Below are positions 1 to 11,814 of a DNA stretch of 64,000 nucleotides, in pieces. Within the stretch, counting starts at the first letter, position 1. Every line of letters starts with the position of its first letter. The translations under genes and the position numbers were made by a program. The notes under the pieces are model-generated. The model did not search any database, had not been told where the DNA came from, and saw nothing but the letters and a program-made list of their open reading frames with translations. The DNA is from Gordius albopunctatus (Eukaryota). The stretch covers positions 15,500,001 to 15,564,000 of the forward strand of contig OZ193909.1 of NCBI GenBank assembly GCA_964276515.1. The letters are read 5' to 3'.

Positions 1-1
1 C

Positions 2-295
2 TACGGCTCTACGTCTCCAATCCGTGCCTGGTCCTGTTCCGTACAATGTTCGTCGAGATGCGTTTAACGAAACCATGAAAGTGACGTTGGCTAAGTTGGC
101 GAGGGAAGAAATGAGAAATATAAGGGAATAGAGAATTATGGACAAGAGATGTGCATCGGTAAAAATTAAATCGGGATCTTTGATGAAGGATTGGTTACTT
201 GGTTTTGAACTATTCGTACTTACTCCACTCTCTGTCATTGTAGCGAAAGGCTTGGTCGAAGAATGTGAATGAAAATTATTGATTGAGAAGTACAT
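2..295 (-). CDS. 5' part of a rhodopsin-class GPCR, GnRH/AKH-receptor-like (N-terminus + TM1); runs off the window edge
   Basis: Manual translation from ATG at 295: MYFSINNFHSHSSTKPFATMTESGVSTNSSKPSNQSFIKDPDLIFTDAHLLSIILYSLIFLISSLANLANVTFMVSLNASRR..., open to position 2. Ser/Thr-rich N-terminus with NxS sequons, then a hydrophobic helix; DLIFTDAHLLSIILYS resembles the pre-TM1/TM1 of AKH/GnRH-family receptors. Not in the ORF track because it lacks a stop in the window. Confidence 0.55.
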   Translation of the reverse strand, partial: MYFSINNFHSHSSTKPFATMTESGVSTNSSKPSNQSFIKDPDLIFTDAHLLSIILYSLIFLISSLANLANVTFMVSLNASRRTLYGTGPGTDWRRRAV

Positions 296-2962
296 ATTTT
301 GGCTGTGGTTTGTGTAATAATTTACGGTAAAGTTAGGTACTGCGACCATTTTGGTAAGCAGGATGATATTCGCGTTGCTTCCAGTGGTGGTTGAGGGTGA
401 TATAGGCGATATCATATGGTACAATCAAATGACAGCGTGGGATGGGGGATTAATATAAATTTCGGCAGGAAAAACGATCAAAAAATGACGTTTAATTTAA
501 TATTGACAATAATAATTCGACGACATAATTTATGTGAGTGGGGTGGGCCACAGTTAAAAGAATTAATCAATGAGCACTTAAAGGAATTTTAAGCTAGGCC
601 TTAATACGGCAAAAAATGTGATTTATCGAATTGGTTGGTACAAATAATTCAAACTTTTCCTCAAACCAATAATTGTAAGATTAGTAAAGGGGGAAGGCGT
701 GACAATACCTAATCTTTTAATTCGCATTTAATCTTTTACCCCCATTTTATTCAAATAAATTATTGACATTTTTAACATTTTATTAACAACATCCGACATC
801 CGATCGGGAAATTAAAGTATCAACGAATTTTAAATGATCCATCCATCCTCAATGCTAGTGATCTCGTAAAGATTAGATTTTTATGCCTAAAACTTTTCCC
901 ATTAAATAATGACAGTGACAAGATTTTTTGATGATACGCTCACAAGATTCCAAAGAGTCTATAATTTTTGGGATTAACATTGGGGCACTAAGGGGGGAGG
1001 GAGGGGGCGGGCTTTTGAAATGTTTTTGAATCCAAAGATAACTAGGAGGAGAAATTGTATTAAAGTGACATTTGGATTTTTTATTTGCAAACAAAATCAT
1101 ACATTTGCTGTTAATTATCCTGACAGTGTAAAATAAAATTTGGAATAAGTTACAAAGAAAAGTTTAATTATCGATTTTTAACTACTTAACTACTTGTAAA
1201 AACATATAACTACTTATGTCAAAATTATACAACAAACACTTTGAGCAATTTAGTACTGAAACAATTTACTTTCGGGGCACGCCAAAGTTAACCTTGGCTC
1301 AAACATTACTAAAATTTGTAGAATTCGGACCTAGGATATCGGAATGATACTTTATATGGTCCTTTATAAAAAAATTTAATTGAAATGTTACTTATTTTTT
1401 CTTCGTAATAAGTTAATTTCTAATACCCAATAAATTCATTTCATTTAAATCTTGCATACGGTATGAAAGGTTTGAATGTATGAATCTTGAATCGGCTTGC
1501 ATAAAATAACTGGGCTTTTATTGGGCCTTCTAAACAATTACTATTGTTGGTAAGCGTTTAACAATATAAATTATTCAACACCTAATTTCCTTTGTCAATA
1601 ATTAATTTTTTCCCATAACAAACAACAAGAGGAGACCATGATTTTGCCGATTCCTAGTTAAGCCAAATTTAATGTGAAAGGTAAATAGGTGAGAGTATGC
1701 AGCTACTATTTCTTCAAAAAAGAATCACATTTTATCGAGTAATCTTTAAAGATCTCGGTCACAAATTAAATGTATATATCACAAGGGCTCTTTCATCACC
1801 GCATCATCCAAGGTTAATACTTTAAGTTTTATCGATCAAATGATTTATGGAGGAAGGATGATTTAATATTTTAGTATTGACATATAGTAAATGTATTCCA
1901 TTTTTGATCCAACAATATTTATGCAGGGCATTTATAAAACTTTTTATTAATACTACAACCGTTGACTTATATAAAAGAGTAAATTAAATTGCGAGCCTAA
2001 ATGATAAATCTGCCCCGCTGACACCAAACTACTACTACATTGACGAGTTGTTTTTTGATCTCGCATATACCCTTATGCATCGGTAAAGAGTATTCGCTTA
2101 ATTAAATAGGCTAAATGCTTGTTTTAACTCACCAACTGACTGATTGATTAGTATGGTTGTTGTGAAATATTAAAGGCATGAGTGTCAAAATCACTATTTT
2201 TTTAAATTTATTGAAATTATGGATCGCAAAACATTTATTTATAATCACCAATGCCCTCCCCTCTTTTAGTTTATTCCTTGCTTGCTATGTCAATGATTAA
2301 AGGTGAAATGCAAATTTTTAAATCTAAAAAAAGATATACAATATGCCTGCTTGTTTTTATATAAATAAAATATTGTGTGTATGAAAAATTGAACTTGAAT
2401 TTCCTAACCCAGCAAGGACATAGCATCACACGGTTAAATTAAAACCTATTAGAGGCTCTCACTTATGCCTAATTACTTTAAAAACACAAATTTTTTATTA
2501 TTGTACATAGATTCTAACACTTTTAAATTATTTTTGGCACATGGTTAAATTGATGCCTTTAAGGCTATACATTAGTGTATACATTTCAATTAGTTCATTA
2601 AAATAGTGTGTTGGGCGGGGTGATTTAACAATTTTTTTTTTAAAAATCTAAAGTAAGGTATACAAAGTTATTAGGGTGTTCGAGAGCATAAAATAAATAT
2701 TTAAAGATAGTTTTATAACTTTTAAAATAATATCCAAGATCGAAAACATTATAATCATATTTCACTAAGACCTAAAATACGATATAAATTTCTAAACAAA
2801 ATATCGTCCTCTAAATAAGAATTCTTCCTTAAAAACAAATTAATTTATAAAATTAATATTTAACAGTGTAACAAAAAATGATTAAGCAGTGTAAATAGGT
2901 GATAATTAATACAAACTTTTGCTCCGAGGAAACTGAACCTAAAACGGGTAATGACTCTTTAC

Positions 2963-4387
2963 TAGTGCTGAACGGCGTTCTTTTATTTTTTGGTGAACTT
3001 TGAACGTGAACGCGTTCCTTTTTTTGATGAACGCGTTCGAATTTAACGTTCGTTCAATTTTGAAAACCCTTTTTTATTTTTATTTTTTTGAAAATTAAAG
3101 TTAATCCGAATTTTTAACAAAAAAGTCTTATATTTTTTAATCAGCTGTTTTTCCTGTTTCCTATTAGCGATTCCGAAATACTTTTAACATACTATAACGT
3201 GCAAAGGAAGATAAGAATAAAGTTAATTAATTTGATATTATTAATTATAGTTTAATTTATAGGTTAATATCTAATTCGAGAAAAATTCAGCTTTGTATAT
3301 ATGACGTCATTATTGTATATGCTGCTATAAATTAAACTGGCCGGGAAATGTGCGATATTTTTAAAACGAAAAGGTATTTTAGGATTCTGAAAAAGCTATT
3401 TTACCCCTGGCATCCCTCGGCATCTACGGATAAATTCGCGCGAATCGGGCCGTTAGTTTTAGAATTAAGCTATTTTTTAAAACTAAAAGGTCCATATTTT
3501 TAAAACTAAAAGGAATTTTAGGATTCTGAAAAAGCTATTTTACCCCTGGACGCACTGGGCATCTACGGTTAAATTTACGCCCGAATCGGGCCGGTAGTTT
3601 CAGAATTTAACCTCTTACATACACACATACATACATAGACTTTACTTTATATATATAGATATGGATAATCATAATATTATATCGTCGTCATCTTCAGATT
3701 CTGAATATTCAAAATCAGCAGATGAATTGAAATTGCCATGGCCAAAATATGAAAAATATTTTTCACTCGTTTAATATAAAGGATCGAATTCAATAATTAC
3801 CAAATGTAAAATGTGTCCAAAAAGTATTATCTCTGTCAAGGTGGCCTTGAATTGAATTTCGAGAAAATGAACCTTTAAAGAATAAACTTTTAGTGTTATT
3901 GAAACCCCTAGAATTGATAATGAAAGAGCTATCAATTCCGAGATATCATTTTTTGACGAGGAAGTAGAGGGCGGATGATATCTTGTCGCAATTTTTTGAA
4001 GCGAGGGACAAAACATTAAATGTTTGTAATAAATTTCCTCCTTTAAAAAATTTGTTTATTAAGTATAATACTCTAATCCCCTCATCTGCCCTTTTGGAGC
4101 GGGTTTTTAGTATAGCTAATGCTGTATTAACTGCCAAGCGTTACTCCTTATCAGACGACAATTTTGAAAAATTATTATTAAAAATCAATAAGAAAATGGA
4201 TTATATTGATTTATAATTATATTGTCGAAATAAAACTATTATTTTTTATCATGGCTATTTATCGTATTAAAAAATATAAGAAATTTATTTTTATTAAATT
4301 AAATTTAAAAAAAAATTATCATATAATTTTGAACGAACGTGAACGCGTTCCTTTTTTTCGATTTTTTTACAAATGTTTACAGCACTA
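2963..4387 (+). mobile_element. Internally deleted hAT DNA transposon
   Basis: TIRs TAGTGCTG (2963) / CAGCACTA (4387); 8-bp TSD CTCTTTAC (2955-2962) / CTCTTTGC (4388-4395); subterminal GAACGCGTTC repeats; transposase remnants include a BED-like CKMC (~3805) and a hAT dimerisation-type C-terminus in ORF 3983-4216 (PSSALLERVFSIA...LSDDNFEKLLL). Confidence 0.8.
3300..3659 (-). mobile_element. 5' fragment of a non-autonomous Helitron nested in the hAT element
   Basis: Similar to 18500-18692 (TCTGAAAAAGCTATTTTACCCCTGG block, here internally duplicated; CATA microsatellite); 5' terminus A|TCTATATA on the minus strand. Left boundary approximate. Confidence 0.6.
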
Positions 4388-5267
4388 CTCTTTGCTTATA
4401 TATTCAATCGAATGACAAAAATGTTTTTTATAAACTGCTCTCGAGTATGAAAAATGATGCTATTAAACACGACTCAAAATAAGCCATTATAATTAAAACA
4501 TTCCCCTTTATTAATTAGTAACATATCTAATGGATTCGTGCCCAGTCCATTAGCAATTACATTGACTCTAACTGCGAAAACTCATTTTTCCTTTACTCGC
4601 GGTCCCTCATAAAATTTCAAACACGCTATTTATATCATAAATAAAATCATAATTTTAGCCACACAAAGGATATATTTTTTGCCATTTTAAAGACATTTTT
4701 TGAACAATTGACCATTAGGAAATTAATTTAGTAGCCAAAGTTTACTCAAGCAAGGGTATTGTTGTCCGTAAATATATAAAGGGCACCAAATTTTATTATT
4801 CGATATTAGGTTAACCAAATATAAAATAATTAGTAGTCCCAATTAAGTCAAATTTCTTTTAAGCCCCAATTATATTATTAGTTGTCAATATAATCCCAAA
4901 TGTCCAGCTAGCGGTCACACAATCATCACTAATTGCCTTTTATAATATTAACAACTATTTTAATGGGCTAAAGAGCATTAGATACAAAGGTCACATTTTT
5001 CTGCCCGAACCCGGCCCGGTCCAATTTTTTAGCTAAATTGCCGGCCCAGGTCCGCCCGAACCCTTTTAAGTGTCCACCCGACCTATCCCGAATCATTAGA
5101 GTTGCCCTCACTGCCCGACCCAAAGTAATATTTTTCAAATTTTTACCAGTGATTTTGTTATATACTTGTTTTTAAATTTAATTCTCGATTCTTTTGCATA
5201 AGAATTACGATTAATAAATATTTCAATCAAAAATGTGACAAAACAATATACGAAAAAAATGATACAC

Positions 5268-6852
5268 TGTAATATATATACCGTGATTTGTAATATCAGT
5301 TTATACAATATCTTTTAATCTGCATTCCTTGTGAATTAATAATATATGTTGTTCTAATTATTAATGGATAATAAAATCTGGGAATTTCCTAGTTAGTAAA
5401 TTGGCGCGGTCGTTTTGAAAAAAAAATGGAAGGAATACCTCAATATAAGGCAGGTGATAACATAAATACATATTTGTTCACTCTTGATAATATATTTGAG
5501 TCTAAAAATGTCCCAAAAGAAACTAGAACAAAAACTATCTTGGGTTATATGGGACAGAAAAACGTTGAATTACTGATCAACTTTGTGTATCCAGATAATA
5601 TAAGCTCACTTGAATATGATGATTTAATCAAATTAATAAAGAAGGTATTCCAAACTAAATACACTGTTTTTCAAGCAAGGTTAAATTTTATGAGATGCAT
5701 AAAAAAGGATGATGAATCTTTAATAGAATACGTTACTAGATTAAAAGCCTCTGCTGAGTGCTGTAGTTTTAAATTGTTGGATGAACGATTGCGAGATCAA
5801 TTTTTAAATGGACTGCATAATACACAACTAGAGATAGAGATAAGAACCAAATGGCCGGATGCTGTAAAGCATACAGGACTAGAGGTGACCTTCAATGATG
5901 TTTATAACTTAGCTGAATCAATGCATCTTGCAAATAAGGAGGTTAATTCTTCCTCAAATGAATTAAACAAAATTCAAAATTATAAAAAACCTACTCATCA
6001 AAATAATAGGCAAACAATAAAACAATTTGCTACAAAGAAGGATGAACATCAACAATCATTCATAAGAAATTGCTATAGATGTGGTAAGTCACATGCAATG
6101 AAGCAATGTCCAGCATTTTTAAAAGAATGTTCCACATGTCATCATAGAGGACACTTTGCAAAAATGTGCAAAACCTCAAACAAAGTAAAGCATATCATCA
6201 ATACAATTTGGGTTAATTATGATATAAACAATTTATATCAAAACAAGCCATATATAAGTGTTATAATCAATAATAAGAAATTCACCATGTTATATGACAC
6301 AGGATCTTGTGTATCTCTGATTAACAACAAGATGTACAAAATTTTGAACACACCAATTTTACGTCCTACTCCTGTTTTAAAAGCTTATGGAAATCATACA
6401 ATACCAATTAATGGAGAAACTTTACTACAGGTATGTTGCAATAATAAAATAATGAAATTACCTGCTGTTGTGACAACTTCAGATGAAGAACCTATTTTTG
6501 GTTTAAATTGGATGCAGGCTTTTAACCTAAAACTTCCTCATCAAGTTAAGATTAATGCGATAGAAGAAAAACCTATAAAAATAGAAGAGGAATGGGTTGG
6601 AAAGTATACCAACGTGTTCAGTGATGGCACTGGCTGTATTAAAGACTATGAGGTAAATCTTTTTGTAAAGGAAGAAGCCAAAGCCATAGCATTTCCTGCA
6701 CGAAGAGTTCCTTTTCCTTTAAGGAAGAAAGTTGAAGAAGAAATTAAAAGATTATTGGATAAACTGATATTACAAATCACGGTATATATATTACATTTCT
6801 CCCTATTTTAAATGTGAAATTCCTCGTAGAACCGTACAGGTGGTTTTGACGT
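5268..6852 (+). mobile_element. Truncated, rearranged Gypsy LTR retrotransposon (5' LTR, PBS, gag-protease, inverted 3' end)
   Basis: LTR starts TGTAAT at 5268; PBS-like TGGCGCGGTCG at 5402; inverted copy of the LTR start, PPT and integrase end at ~6760-6852. It sits inside a CCCG-rich MITE (~5001-5130 and ~6865-6945). Confidence 0.85.
5426..6811 (+). CDS. Gypsy Gag (two CCHC-type knuckles) + aspartic protease, truncated before RT
   Basis: CYRCGKSHAMKQC...CSTCHHRGHFAKMC knuckles; LYDTGS protease; IFGLNW; ARRVPFPLRKKVEEEI pre-RT motif; the last ~17 aa derive from the inverted LTR. Confidence 0.85.
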   Translation: MEGIPQYKAGDNINTYLFTLDNIFESKNVPKETRTKTILGYMGQKNVELLINFVYPDNISSLEYDDLIKLIKKVFQTKYTVFQARLNFMRCIKKDDESLIEYVTRLKASAECCSFKLLDERLRDQFLNGLHNTQLEIEIRTKWPDAVKHTGLEVTFNDVYNLAESMHLANKEVNSSSNELNKIQNYKKPTHQNNRQTIKQFATKKDEHQQSFIRNCYRCGKSHAMKQCPAFLKECSTCHHRGHFAKMCKTSNKVKHIINTIWVNYDINNLYQNKPYISVIINNKKFTMLYDTGSCVSLINNKMYKILNTPILRPTPVLKAYGNHTIPINGETLLQVCCNNKIMKLPAVVTTSDEEPIFGLNWMQAFNLKLPHQVKINAIEEKPIKIEEEWVGKYTNVFSDGTGCIKDYEVNLFVKEEAKAIAFPARRVPFPLRKKVEEEIKRLLDKLILQITVYILHFSLF

Positions 6853-7917
6853 AAAAAATCTCATTGAGCCCGAATTGCCCAAATCTTGTTATGGTGCCCG
6901 CCCAGGCCCGCCTGAAAGTCTAATTTTCCGACAGTTGCCGGAAACCTTACAGAGGCATATAAATATTTATCACTCAAGTTATTTTGTTTTTAAAAATAGT
7001 CAATAAGTTCTATAATTTACATTGAATAGGCCTAAAAAATATTTGGTTTTGAAAAACATGTCTTATTGATGTGAACGTGATCTACTGTTCAGTTGGACCG
7101 GATCAAGCAAAAAAGTCTCTATTTTGGTCAGAACCTAAAATTTTGAAATTGGCACACCTTTAGCAATAGAAGGTAATAATAATTGGAAATGAAAATTTAT
7201 ATTAAAATCTAACTAATAAAACACCCATTATGTTATCACTCCTAAAAATGATATATGAAGGAACAGGCTAGATGTAAGGGAGAGAAGTTTTCTGTCACTC
7301 GGTTAACACAACTTAGCATCTAAATTCTGTCATAATAATATAAGGATATATATTAAACAAAAATGTCTTTTTGGGGCTACTTGATGATGTTTAAAAATGT
7401 AAACTTCCAGGTTTGCATCACAAGTTCAAGGATAAAATAACATGGATCCAAAAAATTGACTGATTTCTAGGTTTTTAGCTATATATACAAGTAAAAAATT
7501 AACTCACAAACATAATTAGTTTTTTTCCCAGAAAATCCGGTATAATGTATTTAAATTATTTCGAAAATGCTAAAAAAAAATCAAAGAAAATTTACTAACA
7601 TTTTATAAATTATTATACGATAAAAAGTTAAACGAATAAGTAATTTCATATTTTTGAAAAGCTTCAAACCTGGGTGAGGCAATTAGGTAAGAGCTATACC
7701 ACAACAGAGGATAAAATATTAACGAATTAAAAGTAGGAAAAATAGGAAGTGTCAGACCAATTAAGGCTTTTTGTCAAGTGGTATAGGGTTTATCACACAG
7801 TTTGAGCAATTTACTCAATTAAGGAAAATTTTTAGAAAAAAGTAGTTAAATAGATATGCTTAAAGTGACATATTTAAAAAATGGGCTTTATCCTATGGTA
7901 ATGGAGGCCTTTTACTT

Positions 7918-8490
7918 CTTTTTTTTGAATTGACATGCTTTATTATAAAAAGTATTAAATATATAGTGTAATTAAAAAAAAAGATACAAGAACGAAAACA
8001 TTAAAAAAAACGATTAAAACACATTATCCGTTTCTTCATCTTCTTTAAGAATGGGCATTGAGTCCATCAAAGAATAGAAATTGGATTTAGCGATCGCAAT
8101 GGCGATTGATTGTCTTAGTAAAAAACTATTCGATATTTTTGAAGGAGGCGAGCGTTTATTGAGTTCTTTAAAAAAATTTAATGCACTCTTCCCAAACGTC
8201 CCTGAACACGACGAGACGATAGGAATAAAAATGAAGGTTTCTGATGAAGCTGAGTATTTTAAGGATGTCGTGAGTATCGTTGGAGGGGGCAAACAGGTCA
8301 ATACAGGTGTAGTCCCATTTTAAGAAAAGGCCTTTGTCCCATGGGATAAGTGACGAACCGTCAGGGCGCATCCACTCTTCGAGAGAGGGATCAGACGGTT
8401 CAAGGATGGAAGGAACTTTTGCCCGTTTGAGGGCAGCTTGAAGCAGTGTATTTATTTTTTGGTGCCTACTATACCGGCTTTTGTTAAATT
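7918..8490 (-). mobile_element. 5'-truncated CRE-like (RLE) non-LTR retrotransposon with a long TSD
   Basis: RPDGSSLIPWDKG..WDYTCIDLFAPS restriction-like endonuclease motif; AATAAA and poly(A) at the 3' end (T run ~7919-7927 on +); 45-bp direct repeat 7873-7917 / 8491-8535 with 2 mismatches. Confidence 0.8.
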
Positions 8491-10238
8491 TTTAAAAAAT
8501 GTGCTTTATCCTATGGTAATGGAGGTCTTTTACTTATATAAGGGTATGTCATAGTGAACAGGTAAGCTCGGCAACAAAATAGTATATTACGTGTTTAAAA
8601 GAACTTTGAATTTAAATTTTACCAAACTAAGACAAGCGTGACTTCTTAAAGGCCGATTTGCTGAAGGCATAATAAAACAACGCATTCTGAAAATCATAAA
8701 TATATTGGTGGTTAATCAAAGAGCATTTTATTAAACGAATAAACATCGGATTACAGGGCATTTTATAGACCTTCTTCAAATATAAACATTCCCTTGGTCA
8801 ATTAGTATATAGTGTTCAGATGGAAAGAGGATCCCCGGGAGCTAAATTTTGAATCAACTATAACACAATTAATATAATTGATCTTCAAATTTCTTAGACA
8901 TAAAAACTCACTTTTAGTTTTGTTACGTTAGTTGCTATATTAAATACGTTATTTGATTCAAGTTAGATATATTGATAATTATAAATACCCCAAAATTTTT
9001 ATTAGTTCAAGTGGCATGGGACAGCAATCCCCTGATGGAAAGAATGTAAACACATTAGCAAATAAATTTTTAATGAAGTTATGCTGATTTATATACCTTT
9101 CAACATATTTAGTTAGATAAGAGTATGAAAGTAAAACAAAGGTAATTTATTTAAATGCTGGTTCTAAGTAACAAGTTAAAAGATATTTTTAAGCCTTATT
9201 CAATTATAAAAAACTATGCCCTACCTAACCGTTGTTATGTCTTTCATAAAAATCTAAGAACATTTTAATAATGTAAAGCGTAAAAGTCGTTTAATCCATG
9301 ATTAGTCATGATTTATAATAATAACAAAATTCCATTAAATCTATCAATCTTGCTACCATCTATCCGTCCATTAAGGATTACCTTGGTTTTTATTCAAATG
9401 AATATGGTTCTAATAATAATATTTGATTTAAGACATTTGGTATATTCATAAAATTATAAATTCAATAAATAGTGCTCTTTAATTTTGTTCTTTAATTATA
9501 TACCATAATAGTATTTTGGCAAATAAAATATATAACTTTTTAAAATTTTAACAATTAAATTCAATAATAAAGTAAAAGTGTTTTATCAAGTAAATAAATT
9601 TGCCGACTATAACGTGTAATTTATTCACTTTAAGCCAAAGAACAGGTAAGGGCTCATTTATAGCTAACGCATTATACACCAAGAATGTTCGGCAATTTAA
9701 TCAAATATGAAAATAATTTTAACCAGAGTGCCATTCATGAGAATAGCCAGGATATGGCTTACAAGGCAGTTCGCTAGAAAAGGGAGGGGCAGCATAATAA
9801 TAAAAAAAATAATTCAACTTCAATTAATCTTTAAGAAGTTTCAGACTTGAGGGCCCGTCTTAATATACGATTCAACTTCAAGCGTCATATTTTTGTTTTG
9901 TCTAAATATGCGATATACATATACATGTCGTGGAATCAACAATTTTAGTTTAGTTACCATATGAATAATATGCATTAATAAGCGTAATTAAATGATAAAT
10001 ATTTGTTTTACGAGCAAAAAAACAAAAATAGAAAAAAATGAGGTGACGCTCGTATTAAGACGCGGCTATGTTCTAACATGCATTCGTTTTTTTGCATCTA
10101 TGCAAAATCGCATTTTAAGACGCACCCTATGGAGGGGGCGGCACTGCCTATCCTTGTCGGCTATGTCCATACTCCATAGTGCCCTTAAATAACTTAAACT
10201 CGAACGCTTTTAAACTTATTAAGTTAATAAGTTATTTT

Positions 10239-10667
10239 CATAGGCGTAGGCAGGGGGGGGGCGGCCGCCCCCCCCCCCTGAATGAGAATTTTTCTATTTT
10301 TTAATGTAAATTTATGTAAAAATTGGAAAAAATTAGTGTTTCGCCCCCCCCTGATTGAAATTAAGTTTTATGTTGAAAATTTTATTTCACGAACTTTTGA
10401 CGCAAATTTAAATTATATAAGAATTAAATATTGAGATTAGTAGTTGCGTTTGTGTTAGTTCCTTCATACATCGTTTACATATCCTCTGTACACTGTACTG
10501 TTGATTAATAATGAGTTTTTATGTGGGTTGAGGCCAAAGAATAGCAAAATATTTTAATTACTAACGTTAAATACCAAAAAAAGGTCTTGGCGACCTTTTT
10601 TTTCACTTAGTCTCGGCGATTTTTTTTACTCGCCCCCCCCCTGATCCGAAAGCTGGCTACGCCCATG
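10239..10667. mobile_element. hAT-type MITE
   Basis: TIRs CATAGGCGTAG / CTACGCCCATG; perfect 8-bp TSD GTTATTTT (10231-10238, 10668-10675). Confidence 0.85.
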
Positions 10668-10734
10668 GTTATTTTTCACTTTTTACAATGCTATTCCTCG
10701 ATATTACTAATTTATTAGAAATTTCACCTACAAC

Positions 10735-11814
10735 CAGTGGCGTAGCTAGGTGCCCCCCCAAGAGCCAACCCCGGGCCCAATGCCCCCCCCCCCCCAAGGG
10801 AAACATTTTGGGCCCCGTAAGCCATTTTTTTTATTTTAATTAAGAAAAAATATGAAGATTATAATTATTGGGTTTTGAATATAACTTTTAATTATAATAT
10901 AAAGCCCAAATATTTGTTCAATAAATGCAATTTCAACGGGTAATAGCCTAATATTAACTTTATTTGATATTAGAAATGAGGATCACTATCAAATTCTTTA
11001 TAATAAGGCGAAAGATTTAGCTTCAATTTTTGATTTAGTACCTTCTAAACGTATTAAAAAACCAAAAAAGTATGACACTTTTACTCTTTTGAATCCACCA
11101 ATTCATTAATTGATTTTAAAATTGATTTATATTATCCTATAATCGATAGAATAATAGCAGAATTAAGCATAAGATTTTCGGAAATTAAGTGTAATTTACA
11201 TAGGTCCTTAGAAGGTTTCATGGGCGTAGCCAGAATTTGAATTAGAGAGGGTCAATAATGATTTAGGGAGGGGGAAAATGATTATTTTTCAAATTTAAGC
11301 CATAATTTTAATTAATTTCAACAAATTTTTGGATTTAGAGAGGCGGGCCGCGCCCCCCCCCACCCTTGGCTACGCCAATTTTTTTGCGATAAATCTCTTT
11401 TATCACAAGTAATTAACCATTATGAATTAAAACTGCAAGATGCCGAAATAATAATAGCAAAAAATTATGTAATATATTATAATTCTTTACTTCGAATTTA
11501 ATAAAATGCAATGATATTTTTTCAATTATTAAAATTTTGCCCTCAATAGTGTTTCCAAATTTTATTATTTTGATTAAAATAATTTTAACTATCCCAATAA
11601 CTTCATGTTCATGTGAAGGATCGTTCTCATTGTTAAAATGGGTTAAAAGTAAAACTATCTTCGTTCCACAATTGGACAAGATAGGTTATCTTCCTTAGCT
11701 TTATTGAGCTTAGAACATGACTTTTTAAATGTTATTCCCCCGGATGATATTATAAATTCGTTTGCAACATCGAATAAAAGGCGTATTGAACTAATATTAA
11801 AAGACTAATTTTAA
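10735..11814 (+). mobile_element. Degenerate hAT transposon remnant with a nested MITE (~11219-11378)
   Basis: CAGTGGCGTAGC terminus; decayed transposase C-terminus ([14 protein letters not shown]...[13 protein letters not shown]), paralogous to 43290-43800. Confidence 0.65.

Noticed and set aside
873..1100. 75-aa ORF
   Set aside because: No recognisable motif; probably UTR or intronic sequence upstream of the GPCR.
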